The notes: generated by a model from the sequence alone, not told the origin. Shown: positions 48,812-59,136, counted from the whole stretch's first letter. The stretch is DNA of 63,762 nucleotides, filler included, from 5 parts of 5 records of this genome joined end to end with filler, not necessarily neighbours in it; one strand, 5' to 3'. Made by a program: numbers and translations.

Positions 48812-50209
48812 ATGTTGAAGTTCAATTCCTCGCTGAAGGCTCTCGGTGCAGCTACGCTGCTCGGCCTCGGCTCAATCGCGGTGTCCGCTCCGGCCTCCGC
48901 TCAATCACTCCAGGATGTTCTTGCCAAAGTCCGTCAGGACTCCAGCCAGATGTCTGCTGAAGACCAGCAGCGCCTGCGGGAATTCCAGGCTGATACTGCA
49001 GCTCAATCCCAGAAGATGGCGGACGCCCGTGGCGCTCTTGCGGCTGCAGAATCTCGCGGCCGCGCTCTGAGCGCTCAGTTTGATGCCAACGAGGCAACGC
49101 TTGCTGACCTCGAAGCTCAGGTTTCTGAGCAGGCAGGTGACTTCCAGGAACTGCTTGGTCAGTTCCGGTCCGCAGCTGGCGAAACCATGCCGGAAATTGC
49201 GAACTCCTTCGCCAACTTCGATTATCAGGGCCGCGTTGAGGGCATCGCTGAAATCGCTGAGGCTCGTACGCTTCCGAACCGCGCGCAACTTGAGCGTCTT
49301 CCGGAAGCCATGATCCAGGAAATGGTTGCTCAGTCCGAAGTAAAGTCGTTCACCGCAATGGTTGATGGCATTGGCCCGGACGCGTCGAACGCAGAAGCTG
49401 ATGTGATGCGCGTTGGCGTCTTCACCGCGGCGACCGTAGACGGCACAAAATTTGTTGAAGTGAAGAAAAAGGACAATGGAGACACGTTCCTCCAGGCGTT
49501 CAAAAAGCAGCCTTCCGGTGCTTTCGCATCTTCGATGAACAGCCTTGTCAAAGCGGGCCCGGACCAAATCGTTCGTGCGCCGGTTGACCCATCCAAGGGT
49601 AACTTGTTCGGCATTCTGGGCGACCTGCCAGAATTCGGCGATCGCCTGAAGCAGGGTGGCCCTGTTGGTGCTGTTATCATGGCGCTTCTGGCTGTTGGCC
49701 TGCTGCTCGGTCTCTACAAGATGTTCACGCTCTTCACGATGGGCGGAGCCATGCGCAAGACGGCGAAAACCCGTCAGGCTGGCGACGGCAACCCACTGGC
49801 TCGCGTGTTCGAAGCTTATGAGCAAAACAAGCAGAACGACATCGAGACGCTGGAACTCAAACTGGACGAACAGATCCTGCGCGAGAGCCCACGCATCGAG
49901 CGTTTCAACGACATCATCAAAGTGCTTGCTGCTGTTGCACCTCTGCTCGGTCTTCTCGGTACCGTTATCGGTATGATCATCACCTTTACGTCGATCACAA
50001 TCTACGGTGCCGGCGATCCGAAGCTGATGGCTGGTGGTATCTCCGTTGCCCTTATGACGACCGTGTTCGGTCTCGTGGCGGCTATCCCGCTTCTTCTGGT
50101 CCATGCAGTTGTGTCCGCAATGGCACGCGGCAACCAGCAGATGCTTGACGAGCAGGCTGCTGGTCTGGTCGCCGAGAAAGCGGAATCCACGCGCGGGGCG
50201 ATGGCGTAA
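48812..50209 (+). CDS. TtpC-like long MotA/TolQ/ExbB protein
   Basis: Signal peptide, periplasmic coiled coil, C-terminal APLLGLLGTVIGMI...GDPKLMAGGIS. Confidence 0.9.
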   Translation: MLKFNSSLKALGAATLLGLGSIAVSAPASAQSLQDVLAKVRQDSSQMSAEDQQRLREFQADTAAQSQKMADARGALAAAESRGRALSAQFDANEATLADLEAQVSEQAGDFQELLGQFRSAAGETMPEIANSFANFDYQGRVEGIAEIAEARTLPNRAQLERLPEAMIQEMVAQSEVKSFTAMVDGIGPDASNAEADVMRVGVFTAATVDGTKFVEVKKKDNGDTFLQAFKKQPSGAFASSMNSLVKAGPDQIVRAPVDPSKGNLFGILGDLPEFGDRLKQGGPVGAVIMALLAVGLLLGLYKMFTLFTMGGAMRKTAKTRQAGDGNPLARVFEAYEQNKQNDIETLELKLDEQILRESPRIERFNDIIKVLAAVAPLLGLLGTVIGMIITFTSITIYGAGDPKLMAGGISVALMTTVFGLVAAIPLLLVHAVVSAMARGNQQMLDEQAAGLVAEKAESTRGAMA

Positions 50210-50244
50210 GCCATCCCCCTCGTTCACCCGAGGAGTAACCCGAT

Positions 50245-50754
50245 ATGGGTTTTGCAGATTTACAGGCTTTCCTCGATCGTGGCGGTCCAGTGTTGCTGGT
50301 CATTATGCTTGCAACATTCTTCATGTGGGGCCTGATTTTGGAACGCGTGTTCTATTTCAGGTTCGCACATAAGCAGGTAGCCGCCGATGCGATTGCGGAG
50401 TGGCGTTCGCGCTCCGACCGGAAATCCACACTCGCGCACTGGGTAAAAGACAAGCTGGTATCAGAAGTCCGCATGAAAGCGGAACAGAATGTCCAGCTGA
50501 CCAAGGCAATGGTGGCGCTTGCGCCACTGCTCGGCCTGCTGGGCACCGTGACCGGAATGGTTGCTGTGTTCGACATCATGGCGATCACCAGCGGTGCAGA
50601 CGCAAAGGCCATGTCGGCCGGTGTGTCTCGTGCAACGATCCCCACGATGGCAGGTATGGTCGCCTCGCTCTCAGGCATTCTATTCACGTCCGGTATGGAC
50701 CGCCGCGTTAACCGCTCGGTCCAGCAGGTCGAAGATGCGATGGAGATTAGCTGA
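50245..50754 (+). CDS. exbB: ExbB/TolQ proton channel protein
   Basis: APLLGLLGTVTGM, GVSRATIPTMAGM. Confidence 0.9.
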   Translation: MGFADLQAFLDRGGPVLLVIMLATFFMWGLILERVFYFRFAHKQVAADAIAEWRSRSDRKSTLAHWVKDKLVSEVRMKAEQNVQLTKAMVALAPLLGLLGTVTGMVAVFDIMAITSGADAKAMSAGVSRATIPTMAGMVASLSGILFTSGMDRRVNRSVQQVEDAMEIS

Positions 50755-51170
50755 TGCGAGGACGTACACACAGAGCACCGGAAGAGGCGAATGTTGACCT
50801 CACGCCCATGTTGGACGTGGTCTTCATCCTGCTGATCTTCTTCATCGTGACCTCGACTTTTGCCCAGGAAGAGACGATCGGCCTTGAGCCTCCGCCTCCG
50901 CCTTCGCCAGATCAGCAGGACCAGCCGCAAGTTCCGGCTATCCTGATTTATATCGACGAGTCGAACCTGATCACGGTCAATGGCCGCGTCACTGACATCG
51001 GATCTGTTCGTGCCAATATTGAGCGCGTGCGGGCCGAGAACCCGGAAAGCCAGGTTGTGATCCAGGCTCATCCGAAGTCGAGAAACGGGGTAATCGTCCT
51101 TATCCGGGACGCCGCCTATAACGCTGGCTACACGACAGGGGTGAACCTTGTCCTGTCGCAGACAGAGTAG
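50754..51170 (+). CDS. exbD: ExbD
   Basis: DLTPMLDVVFILLIFFIVT. Confidence 0.92.
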   Translation: MRGRTHRAPEEANVDLTPMLDVVFILLIFFIVTSTFAQEETIGLEPPPPPSPDQQDQPQVPAILIYIDESNLITVNGRVTDIGSVRANIERVRAENPESQVVIQAHPKSRNGVIVLIRDAAYNAGYTTGVNLVLSQTE

Positions 51171-51181
51171 AGGAGCACCGC

Positions 51182-51601
51182 ATGGCACGCAGAAAACGTC
51201 AATCGATGGCCGGCGGTGGAGGAGCTGAGGATGATGTAAACCTCACTCCAATGCTGGATGTGGTCTTCATCCTGCTGATCTTCTTCATTGTTACGGCTCA
51301 GTTCATCAAGGAACCCGGCGTCGATATCGTCCGGCCCGAAGTGGACAACAAGGCAATCGCCAAGCCGCTTGCGATCTTGGTTGCGATCAATGCTGAAAGC
51401 CAGATCTACATCGACAAGAAGGAAGTCTCGCCAGATGAGGTGTCCTTTACGCTGAAACAGATGCGTGAAGACAATCCTCGTGGTAAGATTGTCATTCAAG
51501 CCGATGTAGCTTCAGAAGCTGAAGTGCTCGTCGACCTCATGGAGACCATCAACAAGCTTGATGGTTCGACCGTGATCGACGTGTCGGCGTCGAGAGAATA
51601 G
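51182..51601 (+). CDS. exbD: ExbD (second paralog)
   Basis: NLTPMLDVVFILLIFFIVT, VIQAD. Confidence 0.92.
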   Translation: MARRKRQSMAGGGGAEDDVNLTPMLDVVFILLIFFIVTAQFIKEPGVDIVRPEVDNKAIAKPLAILVAINAESQIYIDKKEVSPDEVSFTLKQMREDNPRGKIVIQADVASEAEVLVDLMETINKLDGSTVIDVSASRE

Positions 51602-51612
51602 GAGACATTCAC

Positions 51613-52239
51613 ATGCTAAATAATCCTTTTCTTCGCCTCTTGATTGCACTCGGTATCGCTATTCCGATCGTGTACGCACTCTTCATGATGATGAGTTATC
51701 TCATCAGTGTGAAAGAGGTGAAACTTGATCAGAGCGAACAGCGGGTCCTGTCGGCGATTACGCCACAACAGCAGGATGCCGATGTCCGGGTGCGTCAGCG
51801 CTCGAAGCCGAAGCGGATCGATTCCGCCCAGAAGCCGCCTCCACCGCCGAAAGTTTCGGCAACCAAGTCTCAGATCAATCTGCCAACGCCCCGTATTGAG
51901 GGTGCTGCGCCGACGGATCTGAACCTTGGCCGGATGAACTCTCTGGCAATCGACCCGGTCGCAATTTCTGACCGGGATGCCCAGCCAATCCGTCCGCCAG
52001 CCCCGTCTTATCCGCAACGTGCGGCAGAGCGTGGCACGGAAGGCAGCTGTGATGTTCGCTTCGATGTGGATACACGCGGTCGTCCGTACAACATCTCTGC
52101 CACTTGCACAGATAGTGTTTTCAAGCGGGAAGCAGAACGGGCTGTCAGCAAGGTTGAATTTGCTCCGAAGATCATTCGCGGTAAAGCGGCCGAGCGTCGC
52201 AATGTGGTATATCCGTTGGAGTTCAAACTGGCCGACTAA
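51613..52239 (+). CDS. tonB: Energy transducer TonB
   Basis: N-terminal TM, Pro-rich linker, YPQRA..EG.C.VRFDV TonB_C domain. Confidence 0.9.
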   Translation: MLNNPFLRLLIALGIAIPIVYALFMMMSYLISVKEVKLDQSEQRVLSAITPQQQDADVRVRQRSKPKRIDSAQKPPPPPKVSATKSQINLPTPRIEGAAPTDLNLGRMNSLAIDPVAISDRDAQPIRPPAPSYPQRAAERGTEGSCDVRFDVDTRGRPYNISATCTDSVFKREAERAVSKVEFAPKIIRGKAAERRNVVYPLEFKLAD

Positions 52240-52262
52240 GGCCTGTTCGACGATGAAATTTG

Positions 52263-52292
52263 AAAAGGGCGCTCCAGGGAGCGCCCTTTTTT
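52263..52292 (+). terminator. Rho-independent terminator (bidirectional type)
   Basis: AAAAGGGCGCTC-cagg-GAGCGCCCTTTTTT. Confidence 0.85.
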
Positions 52293-52376
52293 GATTCCGG
52301 ATTGTGTCTCCAAAAAGCTTTTGCTTGCCGCTTGGGAATAGTAATGATATAAAGTAACAAAAATGGAGGAAGTGAA

Positions 52377-53075
52377 ATGTCAGCCAGTTTGAATTCGAGC
52401 ACGGGAACCGCGCTATCCTTCGGCGAAGAATGGCGCTCATGGATTCAAGTCCAATCCGACCCCGGTCGGTTTCTCATGGCCTCCATTCCTGCCGCTGCTG
52501 TCACAATTGGCTTGTTCGCAATCATGAACCATTTGATCCATGTGGACGAAGTGAGACTGGCAACGCCATCGGAGCGCATTTGGGACAAGATCGTATTCGA
52601 CGCGGACCCGATGGAAGATCGGGTGAGACCAGATCGTCTCGTATTCGAGCCTATTGAGGTCAAAACACCTCCCCCTCCACCGAAAGTGACAATGTCACCT
52701 TCAGGCGTGGGTATGCCGCCCATCGTGAATGTTGGCGGCGTGCCGACGCGCACACCCATCGGGTCCCTTGGTCCCATCATTACAACAGCAAGCCCCGTTG
52801 GAGACCGAACCCCTGTGCCCGTCCGGCCTCCATTGCCAGCGTATCCGAGCGCGATGGCCAAACGAAACGTGGAAGGTGATTGCGTCGTTCGCTTCAATCT
52901 GACGGCTCGAGGTCTGCCCTTTGATGTTACCGCTGAATGCACGCCCTCAGGTTTCGAATCGGAGGCCCGTCGGTCCGTCTCCAGGGCAGAGTTCCTCCCA
53001 CAAATTATTGACGGACAAGCACAGGAATCGCGCGGTCTGACCTACCCGCTCGAATTCCGCCTTAATGAGGAGTGA
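52377..53075 (+). CDS. Second TonB paralog
   Basis: TM, PPPPP, YPSAM..EGDCVVRFNL, YPLEF. Confidence 0.85.
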   Translation: MSASLNSSTGTALSFGEEWRSWIQVQSDPGRFLMASIPAAAVTIGLFAIMNHLIHVDEVRLATPSERIWDKIVFDADPMEDRVRPDRLVFEPIEVKTPPPPPKVTMSPSGVGMPPIVNVGGVPTRTPIGSLGPIITTASPVGDRTPVPVRPPLPAYPSAMAKRNVEGDCVVRFNLTARGLPFDVTAECTPSGFESEARRSVSRAEFLPQIIDGQAQESRGLTYPLEFRLNEE

Positions 53076-53274
53076 TAATCATTAAAACCCTGTAGTACAT
53101 CGTTGACGCACCGTGTCGCTTGCACCCATATTCGGCACGAAACGTAACAGATTTACACTCGGACGACGCGCGAGCATAAAAAGCCTTATAAAGCGCGCGG
53201 AAGTCCTTGATCCGACCGGTCAATTCCGGTTGAAAGAGCTGAACCCCGCGGTCCCTGCGGACAGGAGAGGAATT

Positions 53275-54678
53275 ATGGGATTTAAAGCTACCCTGAAAGG
53301 TGCCGTTCTTGCCGGCATGATGGCAGCATTTGGTGCCGGCGCCGCTATGGCGCAGGCGGCTTGTGAAGAGACTCAGTTTTCATCTAAGACCGGGGAAACC
53401 TATCTGAAGGCCGAACAGGCCGCGATGACGAACAAGGACTTCAATGCCGCGGCACAGGCTCTCGGCCAGCTGAAGGCGATGGAGCTCAATTGCTACGAGG
53501 AAGGCGCAGTTCTCAAACTGTCCGCCTATATCAACATCGAACGCGGAGATCGTCAGGGCGCCATTCGCGACCTGATGTCGGCGCTCGACAAGGGCTACAT
53601 CCCGGCGAAAGACGCCGCGCAAACCTATTACAATATTGCCCAGATCTACCTGCAGGATGAGAACGTCGAGAAGTCGCTCGAATACATGCAGAAGTGGCAA
53701 CAGGCTGGCGGCAAGCCAGACCGTCAGCAGAAGTGGCAGCTTGCTGTCCTCTACCAGCGCGTCGATGATTTCCGCACGGCCATCAAATGGACCGAAGAAG
53801 TCAAGCGTGATGACGGCAATAACTACAAGCAGGAAGTCTATGACCTGCTGATCTATCTCTACAACGCGGTAGACGACAAAGCGAAGCTCGCGGCGGTTCT
53901 GGAAGAAGTTCTGGTTCGCAACCCGACAGAACGGAAGTATTGGGACGCGATTGCCGGCAACTATTTTGCGGCCGATGAAGAGCGTAAAGCCTTTGAAGTG
54001 CAGAAGGCCATGTATCTGGCGGGCCTGCTGACAAAGGAAGACGAGATCATGCGGGTTGTGAACTTTTACAACCGCTTCAACGCGCCTTACCACGCCGCTC
54101 AAATTCTTGAGAAAGAAATGAATGCTGGCCGAGTGACGAAGTCTCTCAAAAACCTCGAATTGCTTGCGAACCTTTATCAGGTTGCTCGTGAGCACGAAAA
54201 GGCGATCCCGGTCATCCGCCAGGCAGCTGATGCTGGTGGTGGCGGTGCCATGCTCGAACGTCTCGGCCGGTCTTATGCTGACCTCCAGAAATGGGAAGAG
54301 ACCGAAGACGCGCTCCAGCAAGCACTCAAAATGGGTGGCCTCAAGGATCGTGCGACGGCCTATGTCATGATCGGCCAGTCCCGCTACGAGCGCGAGGACC
54401 GGTCTGGTGCACGTGAAGCGTTCCGCCAGGCAGGTAACCGCGCAGGTCGCAGCTGGCTGCAGTTCATGGACTCTGAAGAAGCCACCGCTGATGCGCTGGT
54501 CTGTTTTGAAGTCCAGTCGGCTTATCTCAATGTCGAGAACGAAGCGAAGATTTGTAAGCGGCTCGCGGTTCTGGGTGAAGAGAATGTCCCGGAAAACTGC
54601 AAGACGGTGCCCGAGCGCCTTACGGCAGCTCAGGAAAAGTTCAACAACACACCGGAGTGCCGCGCACAGCGTTCTTAG
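53275..54678 (+). CDS. Periplasmic TPR protein (TtpD-like)
   Basis: Signal peptide from MGFKATL after AGGAGAGG; TPR-like helical repeats. Confidence 0.85.
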   Translation: MGFKATLKGAVLAGMMAAFGAGAAMAQAACEETQFSSKTGETYLKAEQAAMTNKDFNAAAQALGQLKAMELNCYEEGAVLKLSAYINIERGDRQGAIRDLMSALDKGYIPAKDAAQTYYNIAQIYLQDENVEKSLEYMQKWQQAGGKPDRQQKWQLAVLYQRVDDFRTAIKWTEEVKRDDGNNYKQEVYDLLIYLYNAVDDKAKLAAVLEEVLVRNPTERKYWDAIAGNYFAADEERKAFEVQKAMYLAGLLTKEDEIMRVVNFYNRFNAPYHAAQILEKEMNAGRVTKSLKNLELLANLYQVAREHEKAIPVIRQAADAGGGGAMLERLGRSYADLQKWEETEDALQQALKMGGLKDRATAYVMIGQSRYEREDRSGAREAFRQAGNRAGRSWLQFMDSEEATADALVCFEVQSAYLNVENEAKICKRLAVLGEENVPENCKTVPERLTAAQEKFNNTPECRAQRS

Positions 54679-54701
54679 GTGTTCGTTTGAGCCCAACGAA
54701 G

Positions 54702-54729
54702 AACCCCAGCCATCGCGCTGGGGTTTTTT
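54702..54729 (+). terminator. Rho-independent terminator
   Basis: AACCCCAGC-catcgc-GCTGGGGTTTTTT. Confidence 0.8.
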
Positions 54730-54732
54730 GAT

Positions 54733-56070
54733 TCAGGAATACGCGCTCAGTACGTCATCTACGGCGCGCTCAAGATCCTTGAGGGTGGCGACATGGCTCA
54801 TGGTCGAGCAATAGGGCCTGTAGCGCGGGATTTCACTATCCCCTGTGCCCCACGCAGCCAGCGGCTCTGGATTTAGCCAGATGGTGCGCTTGGCGCGCGA
54901 GGCGAAGCCTCGGAACAGATCTGTTCGTGGATCGTCATAGTTCGACCGGCCGTCGCCAAGAACGATGATGGTTGTTCGCCGATCGACCAGCGCTTCGTGA
55001 TCTTTCTTCAAATCAGACCAGGCCTGGCCATAGTCAGTCGACCCCATGCCGGCCACACGGATGATAATATCCATCGCGTGCTCAAAGGGATTGTCTTCCA
55101 GAATATCGTCCACCTCGACCAGCTTGTTAGAAAAGGCAAAGGCATGCATGTCCGGAACGACGTCCTTCATGGACCATAACAACAACAGCAAAAAGCGAAC
55201 ATAGCGGGCCACGGAACCGGAAACGTCGCAAATCACGACGATCTTGGGCCGCTCCCGCTTCTTCTGGCGCCACACAACGTTGAATGGCACGCCATCAACG
55301 CCAGCATTTGCGCGCATGGTGCGGCGTATGTCGAGCTGGCCACGATTTTTCTTTCTCCGCCGGCGTGAGTGTTTCACAGCAAGCCGCTTGGCGATCCGTG
55401 CGACAAGCACTTTCATTCTCGCCATGTCGCTCAACTCAATAGCCGACAGTTTCTTGTTTTCCGCAAATTCATTGCGGAACTGTTCAGTCTCGCCCTTGCC
55501 GAAAATATCATAGCTTCGTTGGACCCGCTCGCGCGCCCGCTTGGTCAGTTCGCGTCGCATCTCGATCAGGCGTTCAGCTTCAGCTTCGCCTTCCTCGCTG
55601 CGCTCATCGAACGCCTGCATCATGCGTTCCTGCAGTTTCTCTCCCCCCATCTGCTTGAGCATTTGTTGGGCGTAGTAGGCGATCTGCGTTGAAAATCGGA
55701 TATCGTCCGCATCGACTGCCTCGGCGGCGCGCTCAAGTGCAGCGGCGATCGCGACCTCATCTCCGGAATCCATCAACTCGACAGGGTCAGGCTGGCCTGA
55801 GGGTGAGTCCCGTGATGCATCGCCGTCGGAGTCAGACTTGTCCGCACTCGAAAGATTTCGCTTGGCAAAAAAGGAATCGAACAACTCGTCAAACGTAATG
55901 GCCTCATCCGGAGATTTGGCCAGCGTGCACCGGAGGGAATCCTTCAGGAGGGTGCGGTCAGCATAGCCCGCGACGGATACAGCGCGTGCCGCGTCCAATG
56001 CCTCACCGGTTGATACCCGCACATTTGATGCGCGCAGGGCCCGAATGAAGCTGGTGATCTGACGGTCCAT
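54733..56070 (-). CDS. CoxE-like VWA domain protein
   Basis: LDIRRTMRAN, MIDAS CDVSGS, GSTDYG, LGDGRSNY, WLNPE. Confidence 0.9.
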   Translation of the reverse strand: MDRQITSFIRALRASNVRVSTGEALDAARAVSVAGYADRTLLKDSLRCTLAKSPDEAITFDELFDSFFAKRNLSSADKSDSDGDASRDSPSGQPDPVELMDSGDEVAIAAALERAAEAVDADDIRFSTQIAYYAQQMLKQMGGEKLQERMMQAFDERSEEGEAEAERLIEMRRELTKRARERVQRSYDIFGKGETEQFRNEFAENKKLSAIELSDMARMKVLVARIAKRLAVKHSRRRRKKNRGQLDIRRTMRANAGVDGVPFNVVWRQKKRERPKIVVICDVSGSVARYVRFLLLLLWSMKDVVPDMHAFAFSNKLVEVDDILEDNPFEHAMDIIIRVAGMGSTDYGQAWSDLKKDHEALVDRRTTIIVLGDGRSNYDDPRTDLFRGFASRAKRTIWLNPEPLAAWGTGDSEIPRYRPYCSTMSHVATLKDLERAVDDVLSAYS

Positions 56071-56082
56071 ATCAGTTCCGGA

Positions 56083-57063
56083 TCAGCGTGTGATCTGTCC
56101 CGCATAGGCAGGTTTGCCATTGGTCGCTTCACGGACAAGTTTTGGTACATCTCCGGACACGGCGGCAATGTCGCTCTCATGCTTGAGCAATACATTCAGC
56201 GTGTCCTTGACGAAGCGCTCATCGAGGGCATTTGCGTGGAGCAACAGCAATGTTTTCGCCCAATCGACGGTCTCGGCAATCGAAGGCTGCTTCTTTATGT
56301 CCAGGTCTCGCACCGACTGAACGAAGCTGACCATCTGGTTGAGTAAGTCTTCCGAGATGCCTTCCACGCGCGCTTGCACAATGCGCTGCTCGCGCTTGTG
56401 GTCCGGGAAGCCGATATGAAGGTGCAGGCAGCGCCGCTTCAAGGCGTCTCCCAATTCGCGTACATTATTCGAAGTCAGAATAACTATCGGCGGAACATTG
56501 GCCTTGATCGTGCCGATCTCCGGTACGGTTACCTGATAATCTGACAGGACTTCGAGCAAAAAGGCTTCAAATTCCTCATCAGACTTGTCGATCTCGTCGA
56601 CCAGGAGAACGCTGCCTGCGGACTGGCGCATGGCGGTCAGCAGGGGGCGAGCCTCGAGAAACTGTTCCGAAAAGAAAAGGTCTTCAAAGGAACCGAGTTT
56701 GGCCAGCGAGGATTCGAGCGATTTCTCATCGCCGACGACCTCGTTCAGCTTTTCCTTGAGCAACTGAGTGTAGAGGAGCTGCTTGCCATACTTCCACTCA
56801 TACAGCGCTTTGCCTTCATCAAGGCCCTCATAGCATTGCAGGCGCAGCAGTGGCACGTCCAGCCAACGCGAAAGCGAGGCAGCGAGATCGGTCTTGCCGA
56901 CGCCTGCAGGCCCTTCAATCAAGATCGGTTTGCGCAGGCCAAGTGCCAGGAAAACAGCAGTCGAGATCTGCTGGGTCGAAATGTAGCCGACGGATTCGAG
57001 GCCAGACGTGATCGCCTCAATCGACGTCATGGGCTCATAGCCGGTGGAGATTGTATTTGTCAT
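56083..57063 (-). CDS. MoxR-family AAA+ ATPase (CoxD-like)
   Basis: EGPAGVGKT, LQCYEGLD, LLVDEIDK, DALKRRC. Confidence 0.93.
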   Translation of the reverse strand: MTNTISTGYEPMTSIEAITSGLESVGYISTQQISTAVFLALGLRKPILIEGPAGVGKTDLAASLSRWLDVPLLRLQCYEGLDEGKALYEWKYGKQLLYTQLLKEKLNEVVGDEKSLESSLAKLGSFEDLFFSEQFLEARPLLTAMRQSAGSVLLVDEIDKSDEEFEAFLLEVLSDYQVTVPEIGTIKANVPPIVILTSNNVRELGDALKRRCLHLHIGFPDHKREQRIVQARVEGISEDLLNQMVSFVQSVRDLDIKKQPSIAETVDWAKTLLLLHANALDERFVKDTLNVLLKHESDIAAVSGDVPKLVREATNGKPAYAGQITR

Positions 57064-57200
57064 CCCTGAAAGGGGTAGGGGCGCTGGCTGAAACTGGCAA
57101 GGTGTATCGCTGGGGTAGGCACTCGGTCGTCTACGTAGTGTGCCGGATTATTTCAGCGGTCAGTATTGCGATAGATTGCGGCCTAGACACAGGAGGTTGG

Positions 57201-58175
57201 ATGATGAGCGACGCCCAAGAACTGCAGGTTCGCGAAGCCGTGGGCGTGTTTGAATCCGAGGATGCACTGCAAGGGGCGATCGACGACCTTCTGTCCCACG
57301 GGTTCAATCGAGCCGAGATATCGCTGCTCGCAGCAACAGATAGTGTGGAAAAGAAGCTTGGACACGCTTATCGGAGGGTCGCTGAAATCGAGGACGATTT
57401 TTCCACGCCCCGGATCGCCTATGTGGCAGAGGAGGATGTTGGCAACGCAGAGGGCGCGGTGATTGGCGGCCTCATCTACATTGGTGCGGTTGCAGGCCTC
57501 ATTCCGGTTGTGGCGTCCGGTGGTGCTATGGCTGCTGCGCTCGCGGCGTTGGTTCTCGGCGGCGGAAGCGGAGCCGCTATTGGCGCTGTATTGGCAAAGC
57601 TGATTGGTAAAGAGCATGGCGAATATGTTGCCGATCAGATCAAGCACGGTGGCCTGACCCTCTGGGTTCGAACATGGAATGCGGGGGATGAGCGTCGCGC
57701 AGTGCAAATACTAAAGGCTCATTCGGGCAAGGATGTTCATCTGCACGGCCTTCCAGACCATGGCTATGCTCCAAAGGCGCCGGTGCTTACCGTTCGGGCG
57801 AGTGATCAACAAGATGAGACGATTGTCGACGACGGTAGCGGCGTTTTCTATGTATCAGGCAAGATATTCCCAGATCGTGCCGCCGCAGAATCGTACCTGG
57901 CGCGGCAGCTATATCTTGAGAAACTGTACCAATCCAGTCGATCGCTGGACATCGACCTCGACGCGACAATGCTCGATCCCGCGTCTGTATTCCATTCAGT
58001 CAGTGACCTCATGAGGATACCCTGTTCGGACGAGATCAAGCTCGAACTGCTGCATCGCTGGGCTTATGATGTAAGGATGCTTGAAGTGGCTGATGATGAA
58101 GGCATGACAGGCCCCTCCAGGGCAGATCTCATGCAGGAAATAGAACGCGCCATTTTGAACTTGAAACCTGCTTGA
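57201..58175 (+). CDS. General-stress/glycine-zipper membrane protein with extra C-terminal domain
   Basis: AGGAGG RBS; REAVGVF..LQGAIDDLLSHGF; Gly/Ala-rich TM hairpin; GGLTLWVRT. Confidence 0.7.
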   Translation: MMSDAQELQVREAVGVFESEDALQGAIDDLLSHGFNRAEISLLAATDSVEKKLGHAYRRVAEIEDDFSTPRIAYVAEEDVGNAEGAVIGGLIYIGAVAGLIPVVASGGAMAAALAALVLGGGSGAAIGAVLAKLIGKEHGEYVADQIKHGGLTLWVRTWNAGDERRAVQILKAHSGKDVHLHGLPDHGYAPKAPVLTVRASDQQDETIVDDGSGVFYVSGKIFPDRAAAESYLARQLYLEKLYQSSRSLDIDLDATMLDPASVFHSVSDLMRIPCSDEIKLELLHRWAYDVRMLEVADDEGMTGPSRADLMQEIERAILNLKPA

Positions 58176-58245
58176 TTTCCGTTTGGGGAAGGTAGGCAAG
58201 TTGATCCTATAAGCGGACCTAATCCGCATTCTTATGGGGTAGGAA

Positions 58246-58511
58246 ATGAGCATCACCGCGCTGGACAAGGACAAGATCAAGCAGAAGTACCGCGCCGAGC
58301 GTGACAAGCGGATCAGGCCCGAGGGAAACGCCCAGTACAAGCGACTGGCCGAATTCGAAGACCTGTCCGATGATCCCCATATGCCCGTGATCGAGCGGGC
58401 GCCTGTAACAGATCATGTGAAGTTTGCCTTTATTGGTGGTGGGTTTGCCGGCCTCGTTGTCGGCGCTCGGCTCAAACGGGCCGGTATTGATGATGTTCGA
58501 ATTGTTGAAAA
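58246..58511 (+). CDS. Baeyer-Villiger/flavin-containing monooxygenase, N-terminal fragment
   Basis: KYRAERDKR, FIGGGFAGL FAD-binding motif; truncated by the contig edge. Confidence 0.8.
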
Positions 58512-58611
58512 NNNNNNNNNNNNNNNNNNNNNNNNNNNNNNNNNNNNNNNNNNNNTTAATTAATTAANNNNNNNNNNNNNNNNNNNNNNNNNNNNNNNNN
58601 NNNNNNNNNNN
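58512..58611. other. Artificial contig spacer
   Basis: N44-TTAATTAATTAA-N44. Confidence 0.98.
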
Positions 58612-59103
58612 ACCCGCACGGGCCGCTTCAATCGTTGCATTGAGCGCAAGAAGCTTGATCCCCTTGCCAATATCTTCAATGGCACTTAGGACTTTGGTTG
58701 CGCCTTCGGCCTTGGTTTCAAGGTCCTGACTGATCTTTTCAAGATCACTGCGAATGGCATCTGTTTTTGTCGATACGGTTGCGCGTGTGGTTTCCTGAAC
58801 ATTGCTGGCGGTGGCGGTACTTTCGCTGATTTCGCGACGGGTTTGCTCAAGCCCAGTGCGCAGATTGTTGGATCGAACGTCGATCTCGCGCATCAGGCTG
58901 TCTTGGCTTTCACCGGCTGTGGTGGCGAAATCCAAAAGATGTTCGATGTATTCAAGGGCGGTGGAAATACCACGCATCAATGCGTCGATTTGATCGGTTT
59001 GGATACCGTATTTAGACGGTTGGGCAGCACTTTGATCGCTCTGAGAGTGTTGATCGTTAAGAGCAAGAACATCTTCACGCGGTGTTAGAATAGTTTCTTC
59101 CAT
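58612..59103 (-). CDS. Soluble methyl-accepting chemotaxis protein, 3' truncated; paralog of the adjacent gene
   Basis: [16 protein letters not shown] hairpin tip; [18 protein letters not shown] shared with the neighbour. Confidence 0.88.
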
Positions 59104-59136
59104 TTTTCGAAGCCTCACCACACCCATGGAAACTGT

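Noticed and set aside
54733-57063. Carbon monoxide dehydrogenase locus
   Set aside because: Only the generic MoxR/VWA chaperone pair is present; no coxLMS.
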